From an uncultured Bacilli bacterium (GTDB lineage: Bacteria > Bacillota_I > Bacilli_A > RF39 > UBA660): a stretch of 48,480 nucleotides of DNA. Where the stretch lies: NCBI GenBank assembly GCA_947628685.1, contig CANRAT010000001.1, positions 1 through 48,480 of the forward strand. Reading direction: 5' to 3'. Of this stretch, positions 9,106-17,926 are shown one piece after another (position 1 is the stretch's first letter; each line of letters opens with the position of its first letter). The notes below the pieces were generated by a model. It had not been told where the DNA came from. It worked only from the letters and a program-made list of their open reading frames with translations, and did no database searches. A program made the translations under genes and the position numbers.

Positions 9106-10233
9106 ATGAAGAACATATCAAAGTATAAAGTAGATATTAGTATATTTTTATGCATAATATTATTTTCAATAATAAGTATTGTAACTATTAAAAGTGCAGA
9201 AAAATTACTTATAGATAATTCTCATTTGGCCTTAAAACAAATTCTTTGGTACGGTGTTGGCTTTGTTTTAATTTCTTTTATTATGTTTATAGGAAATAAG
9301 TTTTTATATAAAAATGCCTGGATATTTTATTTTTTAGGAGTTATATCACTAATTTTAGTATTAATATTTGGTTCTACTATTAATGATGCTAGATGTTGGT
9401 TTAAAATACCTGGTATAGGTAATATACAACCGAGTGAATTTATGAAAATTATTTTAATTATTATACTTGGTAAAGTTATTAATGATTTTAAAGAAAAACA
9501 TCCTAATCCGAGTGTTAAAGAAGAATTTTTATTTTTAATTAAGATATGTATTATTGTAGGTATTCCAAGTATTTTAACATTCTTAGAGCCTGATACTGGC
9601 GTGGTTTTAATATATTTACTTATAACATTTATTATGCTTCTTATATCTGGTATAAGATATAGATGGTTTATTTTAGTATTTGGATTGTTTGCTATTATAA
9701 TTGGATTTATATTATTAACTTATTTTCTTAATAATGATTTGTTTATTAAAATTTTTGGTTCATCATTTTTTCTTAGAGTTGATAGATTATTAGATTGGTC
9801 GAGTGGCAGTGGATACCAACTTGAAAATGGTATTACTGCTATTGGAAGTGGTGGGATTTTAGGATATGGAATTAATAATACACCTATTTATTTTCCTGAA
9901 CCTCAAACAGATTTTATTTTTGCTGTTTATTCTAATAATTTTGGTTTTATAGGTTCTTTAGTTTTAATTGGACTTATTACTTTCTTTGATTTAAGACTTG
10001 TTAAACTCGCTATTGAAAGTCCAAGTAATATTAATAAATATATTATAAGTGGTATTATAGGAATGCTTATATATCAGCAATTACAAAATATAGGTATGAC
10101 TATTGGTCTTATGCCTATTACAGGTATAACACTTCCCTTTATAAGTTACGGTGGATCGAGTCTTCTTAGTTATATGATTATGGCTGGTATTATATTTAAT
10201 ATATCAAATGAAAATATAAGATATAGAAATTAA
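9106..10233 (+). CDS. FtsW/RodA/SpoVE-family (SEDS) peptidoglycan polymerase
   Basis: About 10 TM helices. SEDS motifs GSGYQLENGITAIGSGGILGYG, PEPQTDFIFAV and GLMPITGITLPFISYGGSS. GGTGA RBS. Confidence 0.9.
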   Translation: MKNISKYKVDISIFLCIILFSIISIVTIKSAEKLLIDNSHLALKQILWYGVGFVLISFIMFIGNKFLYKNAWIFYFLGVISLILVLIFGSTINDARCWFKIPGIGNIQPSEFMKIILIIILGKVINDFKEKHPNPSVKEEFLFLIKICIIVGIPSILTFLEPDTGVVLIYLLITFIMLLISGIRYRWFILVFGLFAIIIGFILLTYFLNNDLFIKIFGSSFFLRVDRLLDWSSGSGYQLENGITAIGSGGILGYGINNTPIYFPEPQTDFIFAVYSNNFGFIGSLVLIGLITFFDLRLVKLAIESPSNINKYIISGIIGMLIYQQLQNIGMTIGLMPITGITLPFISYGGSSLLSYMIMAGIIFNISNENIRYRN

Positions 10234-10265
10234 AAGAAGTTATTGCAATTTGCATAACTTCTTTT
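10232..10265. terminator. Bidirectional terminator hairpin between convergent genes
   Basis: Stem AAAAGAAGTTAT (10232-10243) / ATAACTTCTTTT (10254-10265) with a 10-nt loop. Flanked by A/T runs on both sides. Confidence 0.65.
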
Positions 10266-10294
10266 GTTATTAAATAACTTTAAAGTATAAAAGG

Positions 10295-11209
10295 TTATAA
10301 TGTTTTTACCGAACTTTCTACTATTGTTTCAGAATTGCTATATGCTTTTATATCTTCTAATACTTCTAATTTTCTTTTATATAATTCTTCTTTATCTTTA
10401 GCATATATTCGATATACTACATCATCAAGTTCTAAAATTGAAACTAAACCATCTTCTATTTTATTAGATACTCTATATTTTAATTCATTAACTTTTTTTA
10501 TCTTATCTGGATCATATGAAATATTAAAATCTATACATGAATGTATTTTAAGATATTTACCTGATTTTTTATAAATTCTATAGTCATAATTATCTACTTT
10601 TACAACTACAAAATCATGTATAAAATCTCTGTCTTCTAAATTATCATAATAAATTATTTTTTGATTATCTTGATTGAAATATGAATATGTAGTTTGGTTA
10701 ATCTGTTTAAATACTATTGGCATTTTTACTATATCAGTAGTATTTTTAATATCAATAGATTCTTCATACATTTGCCTAGATATTAACTTGTTTTTATAAA
10801 GTATTTTTTTAATCTGTTCGAAATCAATTTCTTCATCTAATTGTTTTACTATATTACCTTTCAAGTCTATAATAAAATTACACATATAATCTTTAACAAT
10901 TGCATACCCTAACCAAAATTCAGTAGCATATATAAATTTACAAGTAATTGCTTCTTTAAAATCTGTATCTATATAACCATATAAACCCTTTTTATTTTGA
11001 ACTAGCGCTCGACCATTTTTAAAATCATTTACTAATACATAATCAAATAAAAAATTCTCATAACCTGATTCATTTATATAACCACAAAGTCCATTTTTAT
11101 GTTTAACAGCAAAATATCCTTCACTATAATCACCTATATATCTATAATCCTCGCTATCCATTACAATATAAGTTTTATAATTAATATAATCTTTAAATTT
11201 TAAATTCAT
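10295..11209 (-). CDS. WG-repeat (KWG-like) containing protein
   Basis: Repeated motifs F..G.A.V...G..GYI...G (GLCGYINESGY, GLYGYIDTDFKEAI, GYAIVKD). No signal peptide. GGTGA RBS. Confidence 0.7.
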   Translation of the reverse strand: MNLKFKDYINYKTYIVMDSEDYRYIGDYSEGYFAVKHKNGLCGYINESGYENFLFDYVLVNDFKNGRALVQNKKGLYGYIDTDFKEAITCKFIYATEFWLGYAIVKDYMCNFIIDLKGNIVKQLDEEIDFEQIKKILYKNKLISRQMYEESIDIKNTTDIVKMPIVFKQINQTTYSYFNQDNQKIIYYDNLEDRDFIHDFVVVKVDNYDYRIYKKSGKYLKIHSCIDFNISYDPDKIKKVNELKYRVSNKIEDGLVSILELDDVVYRIYAKDKEELYKRKLEVLEDIKAYSNSETIVESSVKTL

Positions 11210-11261
11210 TTTATCACCGATATTTTATATTATAACATGCTTTTACAATTTTTAAACAAAA

Positions 11262-11295
11262 ACATGAAAAAACTTAAGAATTTTAATCTTAAGTT
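11262..11295 (-). terminator. Rho-independent terminator after the pilin-like gene 11303-12379
   Basis: Stem AACTTAAGA (11271-11279) / TCTTAAGTT (11287-11295) with a 7-nt loop. Followed by TTTTCATGTTTTT on the minus strand. Confidence 0.6.
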
Positions 11296-11302
11296 AATTT
11301 AA

Positions 11303-12379
11303 TTATCCTATTCTAAATGTGGGAGCAACCCCGCACGTATTATCAGCACTCTTAGTGTAGTAATTACTACCTGTAGTATTAACGATGTTGAAATAACTAG
11401 TAGCATCAGAAGCAGCCGAGCGCAGCCACCAAGGACTTGCACTATTACTTGTATTTTTTTTAATAGCGCCCCCATAACTATCTGTTGTTACATTTTGTCC
11501 TTTATAATAATCTAATTGTCTTGTATTATCCCATGCTGTGTCATAATTTATTTGATTTGAACTTCCATTCTCCCACACTTCATGTGGTGAGAGTAAATAT
11601 ATTTTATCTGTTGATTCAAGATTATTGCTATCATATTGTCCGTGTCCTGATATTATTTTTGTATCTTTTATACCGTTTTTCAATTCATCTGGTAATGCAT
11701 TATATATTGTGTTTGTTAAATAACTATATAATTCACTTTTTGGCCATCCCCCTGCATTATTATCAGATGAATTCATGTTATATGTAGTTATTATATCTAC
11801 AAATTCTACTACAAATCCACATGCAGTCTCAGAAAAATCATCTCTTTCGCACCCTTCTTTTCCATCTGTTTTATTTGCTATTCTTACTGTATATGATTTT
11901 CCTTCAAACTCTTCTCCTTTTAACGTTATCTCTTTTTCATCTCCTACATTATATTTTTCTGTTGTCCCTTCTCTTACATTCGCTATTATTGTTGCCCATG
12001 AGTCTTCAGAAAGTGATTTTGCTTCTGGTATTGGCTCACAAGTAAATTTTATTGTTTCTTCTTTAACTATTCCATTATTTAGTGTTATACTACCTCCACA
12101 AGGTTTAGAACCTTCTACTTCTACTTTTAATTCTTCTCCATAACAATTTAAATTACCATTACTTTTAACTGTACAAGTTTTCGGATTAAATCCGCTAACT
12201 AAATTTTTTCTTGCTATCGCAAGTTCTATTGCTTTTTCATATAATTCTATACTTCTTTTACTTGTTTCATTTTTTGCATCACTTATTAAATCTAACACTA
12301 TCGGTACAGATATTAAAGCAATTATTGCTAGTATTACTATTACTGCAAGTAATTCTATTAATGTAAATCCTTTTTTCAT
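11303..12379 (-). CDS. Type IV prepilin-like protein fused to a DUF6273-like C-terminal domain
   Basis: MKKG/FTLIELLAVIVILAIIA prepilin motif. The C-terminus (SPWWLRSAASDA ... CGVAPTFRIG) resembles the WLRS...GVRP family. The ORF is open to a GTG at 12388, but the ATG at 12379 with AAGGA upstream gives the canonical short leader. Confidence 0.8.
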   Translation of the reverse strand: MKKGFTLIELLAVIVILAIIALISVPIVLDLISDAKNETSKRSIELYEKAIELAIARKNLVSGFNPKTCTVKSNGNLNCYGEELKVEVEGSKPCGGSITLNNGIVKEETIKFTCEPIPEAKSLSEDSWATIIANVREGTTEKYNVGDEKEITLKGEEFEGKSYTVRIANKTDGKEGCERDDFSETACGFVVEFVDIITTYNMNSSDNNAGGWPKSELYSYLTNTIYNALPDELKNGIKDTKIISGHGQYDSNNLESTDKIYLLSPHEVWENGSSNQINYDTAWDNTRQLDYYKGQNVTTDSYGGAIKKNTSNSASPWWLRSAASDATSYFNIVNTTGSNYYTKSADNTCGVAPTFRIG

Positions 12380-12405
12380 ATACGTCACTATCCTTAAATT
12401 TCTAA

Positions 12406-12435
12406 AATATCATGCCCCCCCCCCCTAAGTGTCAA
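12406..12435 (-). promoter_or_regulatory. Promoter with a poly-G tract inside the -35/-10 spacer (candidate phase-variable promoter)
   Basis: Minus strand reads TTGACA (12435-12430), cttaGGGGGGGGGGGcat (18 nt), then GATATT (12411-12406). An alternative is TGaTATTTT with a 20-nt spacer. An AAGGA RBS and the ATG at 12379 follow. Confidence 0.55.
12415..12425. repeat. Homopolymeric C11 (G11 on the coding strand) tract
   Basis: Counted directly: 6 C at 12415-12420 plus 5 C at 12421-12425. I saw no other G/C homopolymer longer than 5 nt in this very AT-rich window. Confidence 0.95.
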
Positions 12436-12446
12436 TAGAGAAAAAT

Positions 12447-12470
12447 AAAAAACCATGTAAAAAACCATGT
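12447..12470. repeat. Perfect 12-bp tandem direct repeat (AAAAAACCATGT x2) just upstream of the poly-G promoter
   Basis: Units at 12447-12458 and 12459-12470. On the minus strand they read ACATGGTTTTTT x2, starting 12 nt upstream of the -35 hexamer. Confidence 0.9.
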
Positions 12471-12520
12471 TTTAGTAAAATTTTTTTACTTTTAATACTT
12501 TTACCAAGCGCTTTCTTAGT

Positions 12521-12548
12521 ATATAAAAAATTAGGTTTCCCTAATTTT
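12521..12548 (-). terminator. Rho-independent terminator ending the T4SS/rhodanese transcription unit
   Basis: Stem AAAATTAGG (12527-12535) / CCTAATTTT (12540-12548) with a 4-nt loop, followed by a U-run on the minus strand. It lies 17 nt past the rhodanese stop. Confidence 0.65.
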
Positions 12549-12564
12549 CTTGATGAATAATATT

Positions 12565-12852
12565 TTATTCATTTAATATCCAAGCCTCATAACCACCTGA
12601 AACATTTACAACACTATATCCTAAATTTGATAGTATTTGACAAAGTTTTCTACTTTGAATACCTTTTTGACAATATATATAATATTTATCATATTTATTT
12701 AAGTATTTATCAGGTTTTATAAGTAATTGTTCCATTGGAATATTTACTGCATTCATAATATGTCTGTTATTATATTTTTCTACACTTCTTATATCAATTA
12801 AATTAACATAATTTAATTTTTTTAAATCAGTTATAGAAATACTTTCAAACAT
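12565..12852 (-). CDS. Single-domain rhodanese-like protein
   Basis: 95 aa. Active-site loop YCQKGIQS and C-terminal GGYEAW, typical of small rhodanese-domain proteins. Confidence 0.8.
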   Translation of the reverse strand: MFESISITDLKKLNYVNLIDIRSVEKYNNRHIMNAVNIPMEQLLIKPDKYLNKYDKYYIYCQKGIQSRKLCQILSNLGYSVVNVSGGYEAWILNE

Positions 12853-12909
12853 AAATAACCACCCTAATACATTATATGTAAATAAATAATATTAATAGAG
12901 TTAAATAGT

Positions 12910-14955
12910 TTATTCATCACTGAAGAAGTCATCAAAGAATTGATCGTCAGTAATTTCATCCTTTAATTCTTGTTGTTCATCTGGAGTTGAAGATTGAACA
13001 ATAGAATTATCATTTTCAGAATTATCAATTTCTTGTTTGTTTTCTTGTTCTAATTTAGCCTGTTCTTGTCTTTCTTCTTCTTCAAGTTCTGCTATTTTAG
13101 CATCTATTCTTTTGACTAAATCATCTACATTAAATCCATTATTAGAAGGCATAGGTTCTCCAGGTGACATAAATGGATTAAATGATGGTTCATTTATTGC
13201 AGGTTCTTTATTATCACCATTTAACATGTTATTTATTTTTTCTTCTCTTTTTTTATTAACAAATTCTTTCAAATCAAAAGTCTGAACGGGATTCTTTTCT
13301 CTTTGAGGATAAGGTGCTTTAGGAAAATTATGACCCCAATTCATTTTAAAGTTTGGAGTTAATTTTGTTTTAAAAGGCATTGTCCTAAGCCTCAAAATTA
13401 TAGTTTCCCATTGACTAAGTCTTTGTAAATCACTAACTGTTACTAATGGGGTTGAAGAAGTTTTTTCTTTTTCTTTCGATTTTACTTCTCCACACATTTT
13501 ACTTATTTCTTCCAAAGCAGATAATTCTGTACTTATTAAATAAACTATATTACCACAGTTACCTTTAATAGTTTCCCCATTTTCTTTTCCATAAACTTCA
13601 TATAATTGAGCAAAGTTTTGAATAATAAATGTAAATCTTATATTTCTTGAACGAGCCGCTGTTACCATTGTAGTAACATCTTTTAGTGGAGGCATATTTG
13701 CAAATTCATCAAGAATAAAATTTGTTCTATGAGGTAATTTACCACCTGATTCTTGAGCAACAGAAATTAAAGTTTCATAACACTGTTTTAAAAATATTGT
13801 AACGAGTGAATGGTACGTAGTTTTTTCATCTTGTATAACTATAAATACTGCTGTTTTTTTCCTTCCTATATCACGCATGTCAAAGTCATTATTAGATAAC
13901 ATCTCAGAAAGATTTGCACGTGAAGCGAATAATTGTATCTTTTGTTTAAATACTGAAAGTATACTTCCCTTTGTTTCTGATGGAGCCATAAGTGTTGAAG
14001 ATGCTTTAGTGTATGCTGTTCCTCCTGGGTCTTTATAACTAAAGTAATCTTTAATATATGTTGTGTTTGCTAATTTTTCTTCACCAATTGTAGTCATTAA
14101 ACTTATACTATTTAAATTTATCTCATTTGGATTAGCATCTTCAAATAAAGCACAAGCAAGTCCCGCAAAATAATCGGCAGACGTATTTTCCCAAAAAGGA
14201 TCTTGTCCTTTTGCTTGAGGATCGTGAAGTATATTAGCAGCAAGGTCTTCTAGTAATTCTATCGATTTATCTATATTACCAGATTTGTAAAGTGAGTAAG
14301 GTAAATACATTGGATTCCAAGCATTACCCTGTTGTGGATCACGGAAATTTAATAGAACAATATTATATCCTAAACTTTTTAAATAATTAGCAGTATTTTC
14401 ATATATTTCGCCTTTAGGGTCAGTAATAATCATTGATTCATCGTGCTTAGCAAGCAAATTAACCATTGGTAAAACTGTTGTTTGTGTTTTACCAGCACCA
14501 GTAGAACCTATAACTATATTGTGATATCCGCCATTATCTACCCATACTTTCTTAGGAGTCATTTTAAGTGGTATTCCAGCAGCATCTGCTTTTGGTGCGA
14601 GGGGATCTACTGCTTTAACATCTAACCCATTTTCAATTTCCTTATCTTTAGCCCATCTCGAATAATTTTTTTCCTTTTTTTGTCCAATAGAAAGGCCAAT
14701 TCCAGCACTATCTTCTTTTTCAATAAATACAGATTTAACTCCTGCAAATGCAGCAATTATTCCTGCTAAAAAAAGTATTATAGTAGCCGCTAAATTTTTA
14801 GGAACAAATCCTAAAAACAAATTAATCGTAAAAGGTTCTTCATTTAAAAAGGCTGAAACATTCGCAACTACTAAGGAAACTACAATTAACCAAAAGAAAG
14901 CAAATATACAAAATATAAATACATCTTTCGCTTCTGCTCTAAACCTTAATTTCAT
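12910..14955 (-). CDS. virD4: Type IV coupling protein (VirD4/TraG/TcpA family)
   Basis: Two N-terminal TM helices. Walker A GSTGAGKTQT and Walker B-like FILDEFANMP. Size (681 aa) and architecture are typical of a T4CP. About 80 aa of acidic C-terminal tail ending DDQFFDDFFSDE. Confidence 0.88.
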   Translation of the reverse strand: MKLRFRAEAKDVFIFCIFAFFWLIVVSLVVANVSAFLNEEPFTINLFLGFVPKNLAATIILFLAGIIAAFAGVKSVFIEKEDSAGIGLSIGQKKEKNYSRWAKDKEIENGLDVKAVDPLAPKADAAGIPLKMTPKKVWVDNGGYHNIVIGSTGAGKTQTTVLPMVNLLAKHDESMIITDPKGEIYENTANYLKSLGYNIVLLNFRDPQQGNAWNPMYLPYSLYKSGNIDKSIELLEDLAANILHDPQAKGQDPFWENTSADYFAGLACALFEDANPNEINLNSISLMTTIGEEKLANTTYIKDYFSYKDPGGTAYTKASSTLMAPSETKGSILSVFKQKIQLFASRANLSEMLSNNDFDMRDIGRKKTAVFIVIQDEKTTYHSLVTIFLKQCYETLISVAQESGGKLPHRTNFILDEFANMPPLKDVTTMVTAARSRNIRFTFIIQNFAQLYEVYGKENGETIKGNCGNIVYLISTELSALEEISKMCGEVKSKEKEKTSSTPLVTVSDLQRLSQWETIILRLRTMPFKTKLTPNFKMNWGHNFPKAPYPQREKNPVQTFDLKEFVNKKREEKINNMLNGDNKEPAINEPSFNPFMSPGEPMPSNNGFNVDDLVKRIDAKIAELEEEERQEQAKLEQENKQEIDNSENDNSIVQSSTPDEQQELKDEITDDQFFDDFFSDE

Positions 14956-14959
14956 TATA

Positions 14960-15427
14960 TCACCATATTTCTACTGTTTCTTCATCTAAATAAACACTAT
15001 ACTGCATCACACCTTTAGTCTTAAAGCCAAAATAATGACCATCTTTAGTATATATTCCAAATATAATGTAACCATTCGCATCTTTTTTATAATATTTATC
15101 CATAGTAGGATAATTCAATGATTTTATATAATTTGAATATTCATTTATACTTTTAAATTTAGCATCTCTATACTCTTCATTTAATAAATTATATGATGCA
15201 CTCAAATCGTGATATACAGTATACATAAAATCATTTAAATATCTTCTTGCCATATCTTCATCACTTATATAAGTTGATATATACTCATTTGCTTCATAAT
15301 GTTTTAAATATTCAATATATCCAAGAGAATTATCTTCTTTATATTTTTTTATTACTAAATAAGATAAAACAAATACTGAGATTAAAACTGCAATAATTAT
15401 AACTGTCTTTACTTGTTTTTTATCCAT
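14960..15427 (-). CDS. Small bitopic T4SS-associated protein (VirB8/PrgL/TcpC-like candidate)
   Basis: N-terminal TM helix plus a soluble domain of about 120 aa. The preferred start is MDKKQVK at 15427 (GGTGA 5 nt upstream), overlapping the upstream stop by 8 nt. The fold assignment is inference from topology and context. Confidence 0.6.
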   Translation of the reverse strand: MDKKQVKTVIIIAVLISVFVLSYLVIKKYKEDNSLGYIEYLKHYEANEYISTYISDEDMARRYLNDFMYTVYHDLSASYNLLNEEYRDAKFKSINEYSNYIKSLNYPTMDKYYKKDANGYIIFGIYTKDGHYFGFKTKGVMQYSVYLDEETVEIW

Positions 15428-15938
15428 TTTGATCACCAACTTTAAATATATCACCAGAATAAGGTTCTACTTCAAAAACACTATTTTTCTTATCTAAGTA
15501 TACAACAAAATACATATCTTTTTTTTCTGGATTTACTAAACTATCATTTTCAGTCAATTGATTTTTTTCAACATATCCATAAACGTAATATTTAGTTATA
15601 TTATTATCTAATTCTTGATAATACATTTTTCTAGAAACAAAAGTTGAATCTGATTCTAATTGTTCAAATAAATCTAATATATTGTTCTCATTAATATTGT
15701 TTTCTTTTTTATAATTTTCTGAAAGTACAAGAAGTAAATTTTTACTATCTTTGGATGATATATAAGTTACAAGCCTATATAAACAAGAATCAACTGTATA
15801 AAAATCACTATAATTAATTACTATATTGATTGGTTTTTCATCTACTTTATCATCATTTTTAAATAAATAAGATAAAACAACAACAAATATAGTCACTATT
15901 ACTAAAATAATCGCAATTAATTTTGATTTATCTTTCAT
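15420..15938 (-). CDS. Small bitopic T4SS-associated protein (second VirB8-like candidate)
   Basis: N-terminal TM helix plus a soluble domain of about 140 aa. AGGTGG RBS. It has the same topology as the downstream neighbour. Confidence 0.6.
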   Translation of the reverse strand: MKDKSKLIAIILVIVTIFVVVLSYLFKNDDKVDEKPINIVINYSDFYTVDSCLYRLVTYISSKDSKNLLLVLSENYKKENNINENNILDLFEQLESDSTFVSRKMYYQELDNNITKYYVYGYVEKNQLTENDSLVNPEKKDMYFVVYLDKKNSVFEVEPYSGDIFKVGDQNG

Positions 15939-15946
15939 TATACCAC

Positions 15947-17257
15947 CTATCTATTATAGACATATTCACCTGTATGGAATAATGCCCACTCTGCATTACG
16001 TCTTCTTGTTAATCCTCTTTCAAATTTAGTTCCTTTTGATACTGCTCTAAAGAACCAATTATCATAAAATTCTTGAGTGTTTCCATATTTTTGATAATTT
16101 TCTACAAATCCTTTTATGTTTCCTATATTATAACTTTGAGATATTAATGATTGTATTTGACGTTCAGACAAAGTTATTGAATTTTTAGACATAGTATTTT
16201 CTATAGAACTTCTTTTTGAATCTAGAACTTCTAATTCAATATTATCTACAATCCATATAGGTATAACACTACCTGCAGGATAGTCATTTACATCTATTCC
16301 ATATGATAAAAAACTTTTTACATTATTTTCAAGCGTTATTCCAGCTCCAGCAGTCCTAACACCATCACCGCCATCTACAACGAGATAATTATCATCTATT
16401 ATTTTTGTATGACCTTCCCAACTATTTAACCAAGATAATAAATCTGCATTTTCTTCACTTATTGGTTCGTGTTCCTCATCTATTATGTCATCTATATCTC
16501 CTGTATATCCAGAATATACAACACGTGGAGAAGTTGAAGATATATAATTTAATGGATCTACTGCACTAGAAGATGCGTTACTACCTTCTCTTACTTCGAA
16601 GTGTAGATGAGCACCTGTAGAATTACCACTACTACCCATCTTACCTATAACTTGTCCTTGTTCTACACTATCACCATATTTAACAGTAATTGAATTTTCA
16701 TACATATGACCATATAGTGTATAATTACCATCACTGTGCTGAATAATTACATAATTCCCATATCCACCACCACAAGATGAAAGTGAACTTCCAGATGGAC
16801 AATTATTAGAAACGCCTTCAGTTGGATATACAACTATACCACCACGTGCGGCAATAATATTAACACTATTAAGTCCACTACCTCCTGATATATCAAGTCC
16901 AGAATGGAATAATTCACCACGATTAAATGGATCTTCTCTATATCCAAATTGTGATGAAATATTTACTGTCTCTGGAGAGCCTTTAGCAAATAATTTGCCA
17001 TCTACTTCTACTGTTTCAGCACTTCCAATTGGCCACCAATATGCACTTTTAGTAGCATCATTTATAGTTAATTCATCTTCTATATATCCTCCTGCTAGAT
17101 CATCATATTGTTCTTTAGCATCATATATTTGATTTATCATATCTATTACATTGTCTTCATTATCAGGATCAATATATTCATATGCTCTAACTACACCTAA
17201 AAAAGGGTAAAATAATGTTAACAATAGAAAAATAACTACCGAACTTTTTTTTAACAT
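15947..17257 (-). CDS. Secreted bifunctional cell-wall hydrolase: M23 metallopeptidase plus lysozyme-like (GH24-type) domain
   Basis: Signal peptide. M23 motifs HSGLDI, IIQHSDGNYTLYGHM and GSSGNSTGAHLHFEV. The C-terminal lysozyme-like region has WEGHT...DGGDGVRTAGAGITL...QSYNIG...RRRNAEWALF. GGGAGGTGA RBS. Confidence 0.85.
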   Translation of the reverse strand: MLKKSSVVIFLLLTLFYPFLGVVRAYEYIDPDNEDNVIDMINQIYDAKEQYDDLAGGYIEDELTINDATKSAYWWPIGSAETVEVDGKLFAKGSPETVNISSQFGYREDPFNRGELFHSGLDISGGSGLNSVNIIAARGGIVVYPTEGVSNNCPSGSSLSSCGGGYGNYVIIQHSDGNYTLYGHMYENSITVKYGDSVEQGQVIGKMGSSGNSTGAHLHFEVREGSNASSSAVDPLNYISSTSPRVVYSGYTGDIDDIIDEEHEPISEENADLLSWLNSWEGHTKIIDDNYLVVDGGDGVRTAGAGITLENNVKSFLSYGIDVNDYPAGSVIPIWIVDNIELEVLDSKRSSIENTMSKNSITLSERQIQSLISQSYNIGNIKGFVENYQKYGNTQEFYDNWFFRAVSKGTKFERGLTRRRNAEWALFHTGEYVYNR

Positions 17258-17271
17258 TATTTCACCTCCCT

Positions 17272-17919
17272 TTAAAAATCATTTTTTGACATAACTTTTT
17301 TATATACTAAATAAGAAATAAATATTACTACTACAATTAATATAACAATAATTACATATTGAATAGGATTTTTTGTTGTAACATTGCTATCATAAGATAT
17401 TTCAATTTGTTTATTACCATTTTTAGTGATATTCCAAATATATTTATCACCGTCTACTTCCTCAGCATTTGTTGAAATAACCTTATGATTAGTTTTAAAA
17501 ACTACTCTAACACTTTCTAAATTATCATAAAATTCATAACATTCAAAATTAGAACCTGTATTTATTGTTATTATTCCATCATTATTTTCAATTTTAGGAT
17601 TGTTGTAGCACTGATTTAATATTGAAGAATTAATTATTGAAGATGCAGCTTTAGATGTATACTCTACACCCAATCTTTCATCATTAGTTAAAGATTTAAC
17701 ATTATAATTTTCTTGTCCAAATTCATCACTATCAAGTAAAGAGTTAAAACTATCTCTTACAGTCCAACCTGTATCAGTTGTTTTATCAAATATGGTCTTA
17801 TTTGTTTCTATAAGAGTTAATTTTTCACTAATTTTATTATTTTTTATCGTTATTTCATAATTTGCTGTACAACCTGATAAAAATAGACAAGCAATAATTA
17901 ATAGTAATATTTTCTTCAT
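17272..17919 (-). CDS. Lipoprotein with a C-terminal TM anchor (T4SS-associated)
   Basis: Lipobox LFLSG/C at residues 13-17. C-terminal hydrophobic helix IQYVIIVILIVVVIFISYLVY. Confidence 0.7.
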   Translation of the reverse strand: MKKILLLIIACLFLSGCTANYEITIKNNKISEKLTLIETNKTIFDKTTDTGWTVRDSFNSLLDSDEFGQENYNVKSLTNDERLGVEYTSKAASSIINSSILNQCYNNPKIENNDGIITINTGSNFECYEFYDNLESVRVVFKTNHKVISTNAEEVDGDKYIWNITKNGNKQIEISYDSNVTTKNPIQYVIIVILIVVVIFISYLVYKKVMSKNDF

Positions 17920-17926
17920 TTAATCA

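Noticed and set aside
12565-12852. The rhodanese gene as a functional component of the T4SS.
   Set aside because: It is co-directional and shares the terminator, but small rhodanese genes are common housekeeping genes. Nothing in the sequence links it mechanistically to secretion, so it is treated as the cluster boundary.
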